A DNA stretch of 64,000 nt. Origin: Candidatus Latescibacterota bacterium. GTDB taxonomy: Bacteria; Latescibacterota; UBA2968; GCA-2709665. Below the pieces are notes generated by a model. The model had not been told where the DNA came from and searched no databases. It saw only the letters and a program-made list of their open reading frames with translations. The stretch covers positions 2,336,001-2,400,000 of the forward strand of contig CBDDDZ010000005.1 in assembly GCA_965226795.1 (NCBI GenBank), given 5' to 3'. A program made the position numbers and the translations under genes. Shown piece after piece: positions 28,536 to 38,676 of the stretch (position 1 is the stretch's first letter; each line of letters starts with the position of its first letter).

Positions 28536-29779
28536 GGGACGACGGCAGGTCGGGTATTCGCGATTCGCCGGCCCACAACCAGTTTCCAAAGAACCACTCC
28601 CAGCACGCATCCGGTGATCCCGGGTACAAGCGCCGTCAGTGTGGCGCCCTGGAAATGGTGTGTGAGAATGCCGGCGCTCATCCCCACCGCGACCATAACC
28701 ACCATCCACCACGCCGCTCGACCCTGCCGGTGGGCCGCAAGCAGCGTGGTATGCGCCAGGCCGCACAACACAAAGGGCGGCACACACCAGACAAGCAGCC
28801 TGGCCGAAATCACAGCCGGGAGATAGGACGGGCCCAGAAGCCAGGATACCGCGGGGACGAGCATGACGTGTACGGCGGCCGAGACACCGACGGCAATGCC
28901 CGTAAGGGTCAGGGCGGACCGGGCGACGAGTTTCATGAACGCCCGCCGATCGGACAGCCGGGTGCTCAGCGCGGGCAGGACGGCCTCAAAACTCGCGCCA
29001 ATCAGAATGAGCAGCGCTGCCGCCAAACGATACCCGACGGCCAGATAGCCGGATTCGGCGCCGCCTCCGGTCTGATAATAGGCCGTCAGGTAATTCAGAT
29101 TCAACAGATTAATCAGGAAATACACCGCGGGCACATGTTTCAACCCCTCCACGATCCGACGCCGATTGAATCCCGGACGAACAAAAAGACCGAAATCACC
29201 CGCCACCTCCCGGACACAAGCGAGCCCCGCCACGAGATACCCTGCACGGCAGACCAGGTAGCACATTCCGACGCCCACAAGATTCCAACCGGCAATCATC
29301 GCGCCGATCCCGCTTGCCAGCAGCAGGATGTTGAGCCCAAGCATCAGCAGGGCGCAGTATCCGGATCGCTGGAGACCCTTGAAAACCGCGTTAACCCCGT
29401 CTCCCATGCTCATCAACACCGTCGAAACGCCCACAAGAAGCGCGGCCAGCGTCACACCCGGCCCGGTTCCGAACGCCCAGGCGGCCCCCACCATCACCGC
29501 CATCGCCGGCAGGGCCAGGGCCAGCCTGAACGAAACGGCTTCCGAGCACGCGATCCGGCCTTCGGCGGGGCTTGAAGCCGCGGCCTTGATGATGCGATTG
29601 TTCAACCCCGCGTCCAGAAACGGAACGAAAAAAGCAGTCAGGCCAATCACGAAGACATAGTCGGCCAGTCCGCTCTCCCCGAGAAACCGGGCCACACCCA
29701 CCAGAAGCAGCATCCCACCCAGCAGGTGGGCGCTTTTTTCCGCGGTGAGTAAGATCGAATTCGCCGAAATCCGTGCCAA
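28532..29779 (-). CDS. Wzx-like flippase / polysaccharide biosynthesis protein
   Basis: Many TM segments; ARFLG, FLDAGL, LLGPSY. Confidence 0.8.
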   Translation of the reverse strand: MARISANSILLTAEKSAHLLGGMLLLVGVARFLGESGLADYVFVIGLTAFFVPFLDAGLNNRIIKAAASSPAEGRIACSEAVSFRLALALPAMAVMVGAAWAFGTGPGVTLAALLVGVSTVLMSMGDGVNAVFKGLQRSGYCALLMLGLNILLLASGIGAMIAGWNLVGVGMCYLVCRAGYLVAGLACVREVAGDFGLFVRPGFNRRRIVEGLKHVPAVYFLINLLNLNYLTAYYQTGGGAESGYLAVGYRLAAALLILIGASFEAVLPALSTRLSDRRAFMKLVARSALTLTGIAVGVSAAVHVMLVPAVSWLLGPSYLPAVISARLLVWCVPPFVLCGLAHTTLLAAHRQGRAAWWMVVMVAVGMSAGILTHHFQGATLTALVPGITGCVLGVVLWKLVVGRRIANTRPAVVP

Positions 29780-29857
29780 CGTCCCTCCGATACCGCCAGA
29801 AACAAAAAAAGCAGGTCAATGCCTGCTCCTCACACCATTGGCCGACGTGAAAACGTC

Positions 29858-30595
29858 TCAGAATCCAAATCCCAGGCGGTCGTCCACGCGAATAGTGACC
29901 GTGTCCGGTTCGCTTGTGATCGCGCCCTCCGCAACGACAACATCGTCGCGGACGCGTAATTCAAAAACGAAATCGGCCGGCGCGACGGCCCGGAAGGCCG
30001 GCATACTGTTCTCGGCATCGAAATCAACGCCGGGGCCGTCAAGCTGGGTCCAGATGTACCGGAGGACGTCCCGGTCCGGATCCGAACTGCCCATGCCGTC
30101 CAGTGTCACGCGGAGTCCGCTCGCATAGGCGATGGTGCGATCCATTCCTGCATCCGCCACGGGCGGGCCCTGGGTGACATGAATTTCAACCATCCCCTCG
30201 GTTTTGGTGCCGGACTTCCCGTCATCCACCTCAACCTTGAGCGTATAGACGCCCACCACGACGGGCGCGACCCAGACCACGGTCACCGAGTCCTGGAAGA
30301 GACCCCGCAACGAATCCAGTCGGCTGGCCTCGAACTGGCCACCCGCTTCACTTTTAAGATCCGTCCAGACGTAGTCCAGTTCGTCGTTGTCCGTGTCGTC
30401 TGTGAACAGTGAAATCTGGACCTTGCTTCCCCGACCTACGGATGGATACCCGTCCTGGTCCGTGGTGAGCGCCACAATCTGCGGCTGTTCCTGTCTGTCC
30501 AGAAGACCGCATCCCATTAGAGAAAACAGGCAACCCAATGCCAATGTCCAGCGCACGATATACCTCAGGGTAACCACAGCAGGGGGCAAAACCAC
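29858..30595 (-). CDS. Lipoprotein with PKD/REJ-like Ig domains
   Basis: Lipobox-like LMGC; PVADAG, LDGMGSSDPD, YIWTQ. Confidence 0.75.
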   Translation of the reverse strand: MVLPPAVVTLRYIVRWTLALGCLFSLMGCGLLDRQEQPQIVALTTDQDGYPSVGRGSKVQISLFTDDTDNDELDYVWTDLKSEAGGQFEASRLDSLRGLFQDSVTVVWVAPVVVGVYTLKVEVDDGKSGTKTEGMVEIHVTQGPPVADAGMDRTIAYASGLRVTLDGMGSSDPDRDVLRYIWTQLDGPGVDFDAENSMPAFRAVAPADFVFELRVRDDVVVAEGAITSEPDTVTIRVDDRLGFGF

Positions 30596-30780
30596 TTTGA
30601 CCGGGTATCGCCATTATGTCGGCAAGTCCGGGATTGCAACGCTTGTTCTAATTCCCTGGCAACTATCGGGTTCCATCAAACGGACGGGGTTGTCAGCGGA
30701 CACCTGCGCCGAATCCGTTACGTGTCCGAAAGACATAGGCTGAACGGGCGTTCGAACCGCACACCCGGATGCGGGGATGA

Positions 30781-31410
30781 TCAGTCGCTTTCCTTCAACA
30801 GCATCCTCAGTTCGGGGAGCAGTTTCTTTGGGAGACCCGGGTCGGTCCCGTCGAAGTACGCCCGAACCCGCCCCTTTTTGTCCACCAGTGCAAAGCGCAG
30901 GCTGTGCATAATCTGGTCGGTGCCCTCTTCCACGCCACCCACGCCCAGTTGAAATCCCTCGCGAATAACACTGTACACCCTGGCCTTGTCGCCCGTCAGA
31001 AACAGCCAGCGATCCTCATCTGCGAGGTAACGATCCGCGTACTCCGAAAGCGCGCCCGGCGTATCCCGCTCCGGATCCACCGAAAACGACACCAACCGTG
31101 CATCCGGCATCTCCTTCAGCGGCGCCTGAAGCGCCTGCATCTGTGCCGAAAGCAATGGACAAGGGCCCGCACAATGGGTGAAGATGAAATCCGCGACCCA
31201 GACCCGGCCCAGCAAGTCCGAAAGCGCGACGTCCGTCCCGCTGCGTTCCACGAGCATGAAATCCGGTACGTTGCCCAGAACCGGCAGCCGCGACTGCGCC
31301 CGTATCGCCTTGACTTCGCGCAAAAACAGAAACGCCCCCACCGTCAGCATCAACAGCGTTGCGCCTATCAGCACCAACCAGAAAACACGAACCTGTTTTG
31401 GTACGCCCAT
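30781..31410 (-). CDS. SCO family copper chaperone
   Basis: FIFTHCAGPC, SVDPERDT, IMHS. Confidence 0.92.
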   Translation of the reverse strand: MGVPKQVRVFWLVLIGATLLMLTVGAFLFLREVKAIRAQSRLPVLGNVPDFMLVERSGTDVALSDLLGRVWVADFIFTHCAGPCPLLSAQMQALQAPLKEMPDARLVSFSVDPERDTPGALSEYADRYLADEDRWLFLTGDKARVYSVIREGFQLGVGGVEEGTDQIMHSLRFALVDKKGRVRAYFDGTDPGLPKKLLPELRMLLKESD

Positions 31411-31415
31411 CGTGT

Positions 31416-32225
31416 TTATCGTGCTCCTTCCCGTCGCCTGATCACACCCATGGAAATGCCCAACGTCAACAGAACGAACAGGCACGTCACAAGAAGACAC
31501 GCCTCCAGCGACGGAACCCGCCCCGTCAATTCAGGCGCCTCCATATAAAGAGTATGCCGAACCCCCGCGACGCCGTACGTCAGCGGATTTATCCGCATCA
31601 CCCAACCGAGCCATTCCGGCACGCCCGAAAGCGGAAACAACGCCCCCGAAAGCGCCCACATAGGTAACAGGAACAGATTCATAATCGCATGGAACCCCGC
31701 CGTGGACGCCATTCGCCACGCGATTGCAAAACCAAGACCCGTTAGCGCCAAGCCAACCAGAAACAGAAACCCCACCGTTGCGGCGAGAGAGACAGGGCTG
31801 ACCGGGATGTTCAGCTGATAGACGAACAGCAGGAACACCACCCCTTCCAGCACCGCCAATGTCGTACCCCCCAGTACCTTTCCGAGAACCACGGCGCTCA
31901 GGGAAACCGGAGCGACCAGCACGGATTGCATAAACCCTTCTCGCCGGTCCTCGACGACCGAAATCGTCGAGAAAATAGCGGTAAAGAGCAACACCATAAG
32001 GAGCGTGCCCGGAAAAATATATTCCAGGTAACTCATCGTACCCGCCAGTCCTGCGGGCGCGAAAGACGCATTCATCCCAATGCCCAGCAGCAGCCAGAAC
32101 ACGAACGGCTGCAGGATGGCCCCGAACAACCGGTGCCGGTCTCTGGCAAATCGCACGAGTTCCCGCTTCCACAGCGTCGCCGCCGGCAGAAAGAAACTTT
32201 CGGCGTGCCTTGCGTCAGCTGGCAT
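31416..32225 (-). CDS. ABC-2 type permease
   Basis: EDRREGF..VLVAP, LSGALFP, NPLTYGV. Confidence 0.9.
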   Translation of the reverse strand: MPADARHAESFFLPAATLWKRELVRFARDRHRLFGAILQPFVFWLLLGIGMNASFAPAGLAGTMSYLEYIFPGTLLMVLLFTAIFSTISVVEDRREGFMQSVLVAPVSLSAVVLGKVLGGTTLAVLEGVVFLLFVYQLNIPVSPVSLAATVGFLFLVGLALTGLGFAIAWRMASTAGFHAIMNLFLLPMWALSGALFPLSGVPEWLGWVMRINPLTYGVAGVRHTLYMEAPELTGRVPSLEACLLVTCLFVLLTLGISMGVIRRREGAR

Positions 32226-33156
32226 CCCCACCCTCCACCGTCTCGAACGGACGCCCGGTCTCGCGAATAAACACATCCTCCAACGTGGGCCTTCCCAGTC
32301 TGATTGCAGATATCCGTTCCCGGAAACAGGCGTACAGAGAAGCCATCATCGCCTGTCCGTCGTCACACTCAATCCTCACGGTACCGTCCAGAAGTACAGT
32401 TGAAACGCTCACTTGCGCTTCAATATCGGCTCTCAATGCCTCCGTATGTTCCGCTTCTATCACCAACACGTCCTTGTTTATCGAACGCTTCAGCACTTCC
32501 GGCGCACCCTCCGCGACAAGCCGCCCCCGATCCAGAATGCCCACCCGGTCGCATCGCTCCGCTTCCTCGATGAAATGCGTGGTCAGCAAGACCGTGACAC
32601 CCTGTTCCTCGCGAAGCTTCTGCATATCGTCCCACAGCGCCCTCCGGGCGAGCGGATCCAGTCCACTTGAGGGTTCATCGAATAGCAACAGCTCCGGCCC
32701 GTGCAACAGCCCCCGTGCCAGATCCACACGTCTCCGAAGTCCGCCGGAAAGCTCCTCGATCCGGTCGTCTCTGCGATCCGTGAGGCGGACCCTCCCGAGA
32801 ACCGATTCGATTCGCTCCAGAAGGCTCCGCCCACGCAGGCCATATAGATGGCCCTGGTGACGCAGATTCTCAAGAACCGTGAGCTTGAGGTCCAGACTGG
32901 CATGCTGAAACACAACCCCCATGCGCGCCCGTATTCCCGCCGCATCCCGCAGGAGATTTCGGCCCATTATACGTACCGTTCCATCTGTCGGTGTAAGAAG
33001 CGTGCTGAGGATGCGGAACAGGGTCGTCTTCCCGCCGCCGTTCGGGCCGAGCAGGCCGTAGACTTCCCCCTTCTCAACTCGAAGGTCAATACCGTCCAGC
33101 GCTCTCCTTTCTCCGTAACAATGGCGCAACCCGGCGACTGCTATGGCAAGCGACAC
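32215..33156 (-). CDS. ABC transporter ATP-binding protein
   Basis: GPNGGGKT, LSGG, LFDEP. Confidence 0.93.
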   Translation of the reverse strand: MSLAIAVAGLRHCYGERRALDGIDLRVEKGEVYGLLGPNGGGKTTLFRILSTLLTPTDGTVRIMGRNLLRDAAGIRARMGVVFQHASLDLKLTVLENLRHQGHLYGLRGRSLLERIESVLGRVRLTDRRDDRIEELSGGLRRRVDLARGLLHGPELLLFDEPSSGLDPLARRALWDDMQKLREEQGVTVLLTTHFIEEAERCDRVGILDRGRLVAEGAPEVLKRSINKDVLVIEAEHTEALRADIEAQVSVSTVLLDGTVRIECDDGQAMMASLYACFRERISAIRLGRPTLEDVFIRETGRPFETVEGGDAS

Positions 33157-33188
33157 AGAGACTCCTTACCGGAAATCGTCATCTTCCG

Positions 33189-33222
33189 AAAAGAGAAAGG
33201 TGATAGGCTACCCCTATCACCT
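33189..33222 (-). terminator. Putative intrinsic terminator after heme o synthase
   Basis: AGGTGATAGG-5nt-CCTATCACCT hairpin followed by TTCTCTTTT on the minus strand. Confidence 0.55.
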
Positions 33223-33250
33223 GAAAATACCTGGTTTGCGGAGCCCGATC

Positions 33251-34156
33251 TCACAACAGGAACCTATCGAACAACAGGGCGATCCAAAGCAGAGGCAAAT
33301 GAATCAGCGTCGTGCGCAACAGCCGCCTCGCGTTTTGCTCGGACCGGGTTCTGGCAAACACAATACCTGAATACAGGAGGCAGAGCCCCGTTGCCGCGGC
33401 CACGGCAATGTAAAGCACACCGCCCAAACCCACCAGCATGGGGAGCATGGAAAAAGCCAGCAGGATTGCGCTGTATATGTTGATCTGCCTGGCCGTCCTC
33501 CGGCCCGCCGGATCGCCTGTCGTAATCATCTTGAATCCGCCGCGGACGTAGTCCGCCCTGTAGATCCAGGCAATAGAGAAAAAGTGCGGGAACTGCCAGA
33601 AAAACAGAATACCGAACAGCAGCCACGCGCCGCCGCCGATCTCCCCCTGCGCCGCGGCCCAGCCGCCCATGGGCGGCAACGCCCCCGCGATGGCGCCGAC
33701 GGTGGTATTGTGCGTCGATTTCCGCTTCAGCGGGGTATACAGGAAAAGATAAATGACCGACGTCAACGCCGCCAGAAAGCCCGCCAACCAGTTAATTTTC
33801 AGCCCCATATAAAGGATGCCGGTTCCGGACAACAGCAGCCCGAAAAGTAAGGCCTCTTCCGGATGCAGGCGGCCGGCGGGCAGGGGCCGGTTCGCGGTCC
33901 GCTTCATCCGGGCATCCATTTTGCGCTCCAGGAACTGATTCAGCACCGCCGAACCACTCGCGACCAGGACCGTTGCCAGCAGCGTATGCAGGAGTGGAAG
34001 GAACTCGAAGACACCGGCCGCGCCCAGAACAAAACCCACCGCTGTGCTCAAAGCGACGAATACGGTGATTTTGGGTTTGGTGAGGGCCACGTAGTCCATC
34101 ACGCGCACCCACGATAGCGCCAGACTCGCTGCCCCGGTCTCAACCTGCGGTTTCAT
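33251..34156 (-). CDS. ctaB: Protoheme IX farnesyltransferase (heme o synthase)
   Basis: LTKPKI, DARMKRTANRPLP, YTPLKR, WQFPHF. Confidence 0.95.
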   Translation of the reverse strand: MKPQVETGAASLALSWVRVMDYVALTKPKITVFVALSTAVGFVLGAAGVFEFLPLLHTLLATVLVASGSAVLNQFLERKMDARMKRTANRPLPAGRLHPEEALLFGLLLSGTGILYMGLKINWLAGFLAALTSVIYLFLYTPLKRKSTHNTTVGAIAGALPPMGGWAAAQGEIGGGAWLLFGILFFWQFPHFFSIAWIYRADYVRGGFKMITTGDPAGRRTARQINIYSAILLAFSMLPMLVGLGGVLYIAVAAATGLCLLYSGIVFARTRSEQNARRLLRTTLIHLPLLWIALLFDRFLL

Positions 34157-34176
34157 AATAGTAAAACCTCCAACAC

Positions 34177-35181
34177 TCAGCGTGCCGCGCCCGTGAATAC
34201 GATCCCCGTATCTGTAGCAGCATGCATCCGCCATACGCGAAGCGTAAGCACCAGGCTGGAAGCCAGCACCGCCGCACCCGCCACGACGTGTAACGTCGTA
34301 ACCGAGACGTCCTTACCGGTCCAGATCACCAGGGCGCCCAGAGCAAGCTGGACAAACAGCAGCCCCAGTAGCGCCACCGAGGGCCTCGTCAATTCGGGTC
34401 GGGTCTTGTGCGCGCGCAGGACGCGGCAAACACCCCAGATCAGAACACCAGACACAACAACGGCCCAGGCCCTATGGGCAAAGTGAATGGCCACACGCGT
34501 CCGGTACGTATCGATCGAGATGGGAAACGGGTCGGTAGCATCGACCGTCAATTCGGAAAACGGCGGAATCAGACGGCCAAAGGAAAGTGGAAAATCGGGA
34601 ATGGCCAGACCGGACTCGGTATGCCGCATCAGTGCGCCGATTACCAGTTGAACGAAAACCACCGTTGTGCCGGCCGCAGCCAGCCATTTCAGCGGTACAC
34701 CACCCGTCTCCGGTAACGGCTCGTCGGCCGTCCGCCACCCGGCCGACGTAAACAGCGCGATACCAACGGTTAGACAGAAAAAGCCCTGCGCCAGGCAGGC
34801 GTGGCTTACGGAAATCCACGTGGGCAGGAGATACAGCACCGTCAGACCGCCCAGCAGACCCTGCAGGACAATGGAGACCAGGGCCGCCACGCCCAGGGCC
34901 CGCAACCAACGCCGCGCTTCACGACGCCACAACCAGATCGCAAGAACTGTGGTAAGGATCCCCACAAAGGTAGCCACCATCCGGTGTCCGTGTTCGTAGA
35001 AGATCCCGCCGACCATGGGCGGAAAAACCATTCCGTATGAAAGCGGCCAGTCCGGAACCGCCAGCCCTGAACCCGTACTGCTGACCATTGCGCCGGCGAA
35101 AATTAAAAAAAGGGTCGCGCCGGCCGTGAACACTGAAAACCGGTGCAGCCAGCGATACCGCTGCGACATCGTGATATCCAT
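34177..35181 (-). CDS. ctaA: Heme A synthase (COX15/CtaA)
   Basis: GSGLAVPDWP, EHGHR, HFAHR, LHV. Confidence 0.9.
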   Translation of the reverse strand: MDITMSQRYRWLHRFSVFTAGATLFLIFAGAMVSSTGSGLAVPDWPLSYGMVFPPMVGGIFYEHGHRMVATFVGILTTVLAIWLWRREARRWLRALGVAALVSIVLQGLLGGLTVLYLLPTWISVSHACLAQGFFCLTVGIALFTSAGWRTADEPLPETGGVPLKWLAAAGTTVVFVQLVIGALMRHTESGLAIPDFPLSFGRLIPPFSELTVDATDPFPISIDTYRTRVAIHFAHRAWAVVVSGVLIWGVCRVLRAHKTRPELTRPSVALLGLLFVQLALGALVIWTGKDVSVTTLHVVAGAAVLASSLVLTLRVWRMHAATDTGIVFTGAAR

Positions 35182-35272
35182 TTCCGTCCGGCTCACCCGC
35201 CAGCCCCGCTTATTCCGCGTCGGCGGCAAGCCACTTGCCGTTTATATCGGGAAAACCGGATCCTCGCCTGGA

Positions 35273-35518
35273 TCAATATTGCACACCTGCGTTCCGGTAG
35301 CGGCGCGCCCGGCCCATCCAGAACACCGTCACGCCCACAATCCCGGCCAGCACGGACACGATGATGCCCATCAGCACCAGAACGCCCGCCGCCGCGCCCT
35401 TTGCCATATCCGATTCCGGATTCCCATAACACACTGCACAGGCCTGCACCATCTCGGGAACCATCACCGCCGCAACCACGGCCGCCGCAACACAGGTCCG
35501 CCTCACAGATAACTCCAT
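35273..35518 (-). CDS. Small membrane protein with CxxC (ACAVCYG)
   Basis: Signal-like N-terminus, CxxC, one TM helix; inside the oxidase operon. Confidence 0.65.
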   Translation of the reverse strand: MELSVRRTCVAAAVVAAVMVPEMVQACAVCYGNPESDMAKGAAAGVLVLMGIIVSVLAGIVGVTVFWMGRARRYRNAGVQY

Positions 35519-35709
35519 CCCTTGAGCTTCTTCAGGAACCACAGGCCGTACCAGACCAGCACGCCGCATCCCGCGAAGGAGCCGACACCCAGTCCGAGAT
35601 TCGTCCCGTTGCCCGTTGCGACATAGTCCTGTATAGCCCAGATGCCAAATCCCAGACAGCAGAGAATGGACACAATCACAAAGACCACGTGGAATGCTTT
35701 CAGAGACAT
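35503..35709 (-). CDS. Small two-TM membrane protein
   Basis: MSLKAFHVVF...WFLKKLK; RBS GGAG. Confidence 0.7.
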   Translation of the reverse strand: MSLKAFHVVFVIVSILCCLGFGIWAIQDYVATGNGTNLGLGVGSFAGCGVLVWYGLWFLKKLKGWSYL

Positions 35710-35868
35710 CGCGTTCTCCGGTTCAGGAGGATTAGTGTCCCGTCTCAGAAATATGTCACCATTCTTCCGCCGATTCATCCCGTCTCGCTGCGTTCGGCCG
35801 ACCTTGCGCAGGTCGCCTCGCTCAGGCGCCTTGCCAGCCGGGCGACTCGGCGGCCGAATTTCGGCAAT

Positions 35869-36198
35869 CTATTTCCGGGACAGAACACTGCCCATCAGCT
35901 CACCCACGCCCGAGAATTCGGTAACTACCGGAACCAGCATCAGTACGGCAAAAAACACGACCGTTAGCGCCAGCACCCAGTAGACGATCTGTTTTTCCGA
36001 AACCAGATGCATGAAATACCCGGCAACCAGCCCGCCCTTGATACTGGCGATGAATAGCGCGATCAGGACGGTAGCCGCCACCGACTCGATTTGGAGATAG
36101 GAGACGCCAACCGTCACGACTGTCAGCACGGCCAGAGCGGCAAACACCAGAATGTAAACCCGAACATGCTTTCTGATCTCTTCAGCGCTATCAGCCAT
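35869..36198 (-). CDS. Cytochrome c oxidase subunit IV family
   Basis: LAVLTVVTV, KGGLVAGYFMHL. Confidence 0.88.
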   Translation of the reverse strand: MADSAEEIRKHVRVYILVFAALAVLTVVTVGVSYLQIESVAATVLIALFIASIKGGLVAGYFMHLVSEKQIVYWVLALTVVFFAVLMLVPVVTEFSGVGELMGSVLSRK

Positions 36199-36208
36199 AC
36201 CAGGCTCC

Positions 36209-36808
36209 TTACAGCAGGTAGAGAATCGGGAACAGAAAGATCCACACCAGATCCACGAAGTGCCAGTAGAGTCCGGCGCATTCGATCCGGTTGACAAACT
36301 GCTCCGGCGCCGTGTGCCAGAGCTTGCTGCCCGGTAACAGCAGGTAGAGATTCACGACGATGCCACCGATCACGTGCAGTCCATGCAGGCCGGTCATCGT
36401 AAAATACGTGGCGTAAAACATGTTGGTGGACGGATAGATGCCAAGATGAAATTTGTGGGTGTATTCGAAGTACTTAACAACCAGGAACACAAACGCCAGT
36501 AATACCGTCAGGCCCAGATAAAGTTTGAACCTGCCGAAATTGTCCATTTTCAAGGATGCCCAGGACATCACCATGGTTACACTGGAGGCGATGAGAACGA
36601 ACGTATTGAGCGTGGCCATCGGCACGTTCAACAACTCCCAGCCATGCGGCCACGTCGGCGCGCCCACCCTGAGCAGGACCAGCGTTGAAAACAGCGCGCC
36701 AAACAACATCACCTCGGACGCCAGGAACAACCAGATCCCGAACTTCCCGTTATACACCCCCGTTATCGGATGCGGCTCCACCGTGTGGGGAATTTCTTCA
36801 ACGGACAC
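36209..36808 (-). CDS. ctaE: Cytochrome c oxidase subunit III
   Basis: FLASEVMLF, TGLHGLHV, YWHFVDLVW. Confidence 0.95.
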   Translation of the reverse strand: MSVEEIPHTVEPHPITGVYNGKFGIWLFLASEVMLFGALFSTLVLLRVGAPTWPHGWELLNVPMATLNTFVLIASSVTMVMSWASLKMDNFGRFKLYLGLTVLLAFVFLVVKYFEYTHKFHLGIYPSTNMFYATYFTMTGLHGLHVIGGIVVNLYLLLPGSKLWHTAPEQFVNRIECAGLYWHFVDLVWIFLFPILYLL

Positions 36809-36873
36809 CGTTTATCTCCTTTGCATTGTCGCGGGCCGACACCTCGGTTCCAACGCCCTCGCGGGCGGCGGTG

Positions 36874-38664
36874 TTAATCGTCGTCCGCGGGCGTGGGCGC
36901 TGGCTCGGGTTGGGCCACCTGCCCGTTTTCAGACGCGTATTGTGGCGTAAAGTCACTTGAGGCCCCGGGCACGCTGTATTCGTACGGCCCGCGGTAGACG
37001 GTGGGCGTAACCGCGAAATTCCCGTGCGGAGGCGGCGTGGGCGTGGCCCACTCCAGGGTCGTGGCCTGCCACGGATTGTCCGACGCCACCTTCCGGCCCT
37101 TCCGTATACTCATAAAGAAATTGACGATAAAGAATATCTGCGCCAGTCCAAGCAGCCATGCAGACCAGGAACTCATGGTTGTCAGGCCCTGCACCTGCGC
37201 CCCGTAAGCGTACTGTGTCTGGTCGTAAAGTCGCCTGGAAACACCGGCCATCCCTACGAACAACATCGGCATGAACACGCCGTTCATAAAGATCAGGCTG
37301 CACCAGAAATGCAGCTTGCCCAGTGCCTCGTTCATCATGCGCCCGGTCACCTTGGGAAACCAGTGATAGACCCCGGCGAACAGCGCGAATATCGTGCCCG
37401 GCGCCACCACATAGTGGAAATGGCCGATCACGTAATACGTGTCGTGCAAATGCAGATCCGCGGCCGTGAGGCCCAGCGGCAGCCCCGTCAACCCCCCGAT
37501 GGCGAACATGGGGATGAATGCCAGGCAGAACAGCATGGGCACCGAAAACCGGATTGACGCGCCGTGCAGGCTCAATGCGAACGCCGTCAGGATAATTACG
37601 GACGGGATGGAGATGATCATGGTCGTGGCCTGGAAGAAGGTACTGATTGTGGTTCCCATCCCCGTCATGAACATGTGATGCGCCCAGACGGTAAACGACA
37701 GGAACCCAAGAGCGATAATCGAGTAGACCAGCGCGCGATACCCCCAGAGCGGCCGGCGGGTATTGTTGGCCACAATCTCGCCGACGATGCCCATCGCCGG
37801 CAGAATCAGTACGTAAACTTCCGGATGCGCAAGGAACCAGAACAGGTGCTGCCACAATAGCGGACTGCCACCGCCGCTCACTTCCAGCGCCTGCCCTGTT
37901 ACGACCAGACCGCTCGGCATGAAGAAGCTGGTACCCCCGATCCGATCCATGAGTTGCAGCACCCCGGCGGCCTCGAGCGGAGGGAACGCCAGCAGCAGCA
38001 GGAACGCCGTCACGAACTGCGCCCAAACAAAAAACGGCAGCCGGAAGAACGACAGCCCCTCGGCCCTCATCTGAACCGTCGTTACGATAAAATTAACCGA
38101 ACCCAGAAGAGACGACGTGATCAGGGCCACCATGCCCCACAACCACCAGGTCTGGCCCGTTGGCGCGATAATGGACAAGGGTGGATAGGACGTCCAGCCG
38201 GACTGAGCCGCGCCCGAGGGAACGAAAAAGCTGGCCAGCATAATGATGCCGCCCACGAAAAATACCCAATAGCTCGCCATGTTGAGCTTGGGAAACGCCA
38301 TATCCGGCGCGCCGATCTGAAGCGGCAGCACGTAGTTCCCGAAACCGCCCACGGCCAGCGGAACCACGCCGAGGAACACCATGATGGTGCCGTGCATGGC
38401 CCCCAGCTGGTTGTAAAACTCGGGCACCATCACGCCTTCCGGCATGTTCACCGCACTGAACAACTTGCCTATCCAGGGCATTGGCTGTCCGGGATACGCC
38501 AACTGCCAACGCATCATCATCATCAGGCAGAAGCCGAAAAAAAGGAAAACCAGGGCGGAGACCGCGTACTGAATCCCAATGACCTTGTGATCTACGGAAA
38601 ACACGTACTTGCGCCAGAACGGCAACTCATGGTGTCCGTGATCACCGTGCGCTTGCTCAGCCAT
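36874..38664 (-). CDS. ctaD: Heme-copper oxidase subunit I, A1-like
   Basis: DHKVIG, MHGTIM, HPEVY, WAHHM, HFH. Confidence 0.96.
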   Translation of the reverse strand: MAEQAHGDHGHHELPFWRKYVFSVDHKVIGIQYAVSALVFLFFGFCLMMMMRWQLAYPGQPMPWIGKLFSAVNMPEGVMVPEFYNQLGAMHGTIMVFLGVVPLAVGGFGNYVLPLQIGAPDMAFPKLNMASYWVFFVGGIIMLASFFVPSGAAQSGWTSYPPLSIIAPTGQTWWLWGMVALITSSLLGSVNFIVTTVQMRAEGLSFFRLPFFVWAQFVTAFLLLLAFPPLEAAGVLQLMDRIGGTSFFMPSGLVVTGQALEVSGGGSPLLWQHLFWFLAHPEVYVLILPAMGIVGEIVANNTRRPLWGYRALVYSIIALGFLSFTVWAHHMFMTGMGTTISTFFQATTMIISIPSVIILTAFALSLHGASIRFSVPMLFCLAFIPMFAIGGLTGLPLGLTAADLHLHDTYYVIGHFHYVVAPGTIFALFAGVYHWFPKVTGRMMNEALGKLHFWCSLIFMNGVFMPMLFVGMAGVSRRLYDQTQYAYGAQVQGLTTMSSWSAWLLGLAQIFFIVNFFMSIRKGRKVASDNPWQATTLEWATPTPPPHGNFAVTPTVYRGPYEYSVPGASSDFTPQYASENGQVAQPEPAPTPADDD

Positions 38665-38676
38665 AAATTAGGCTCC

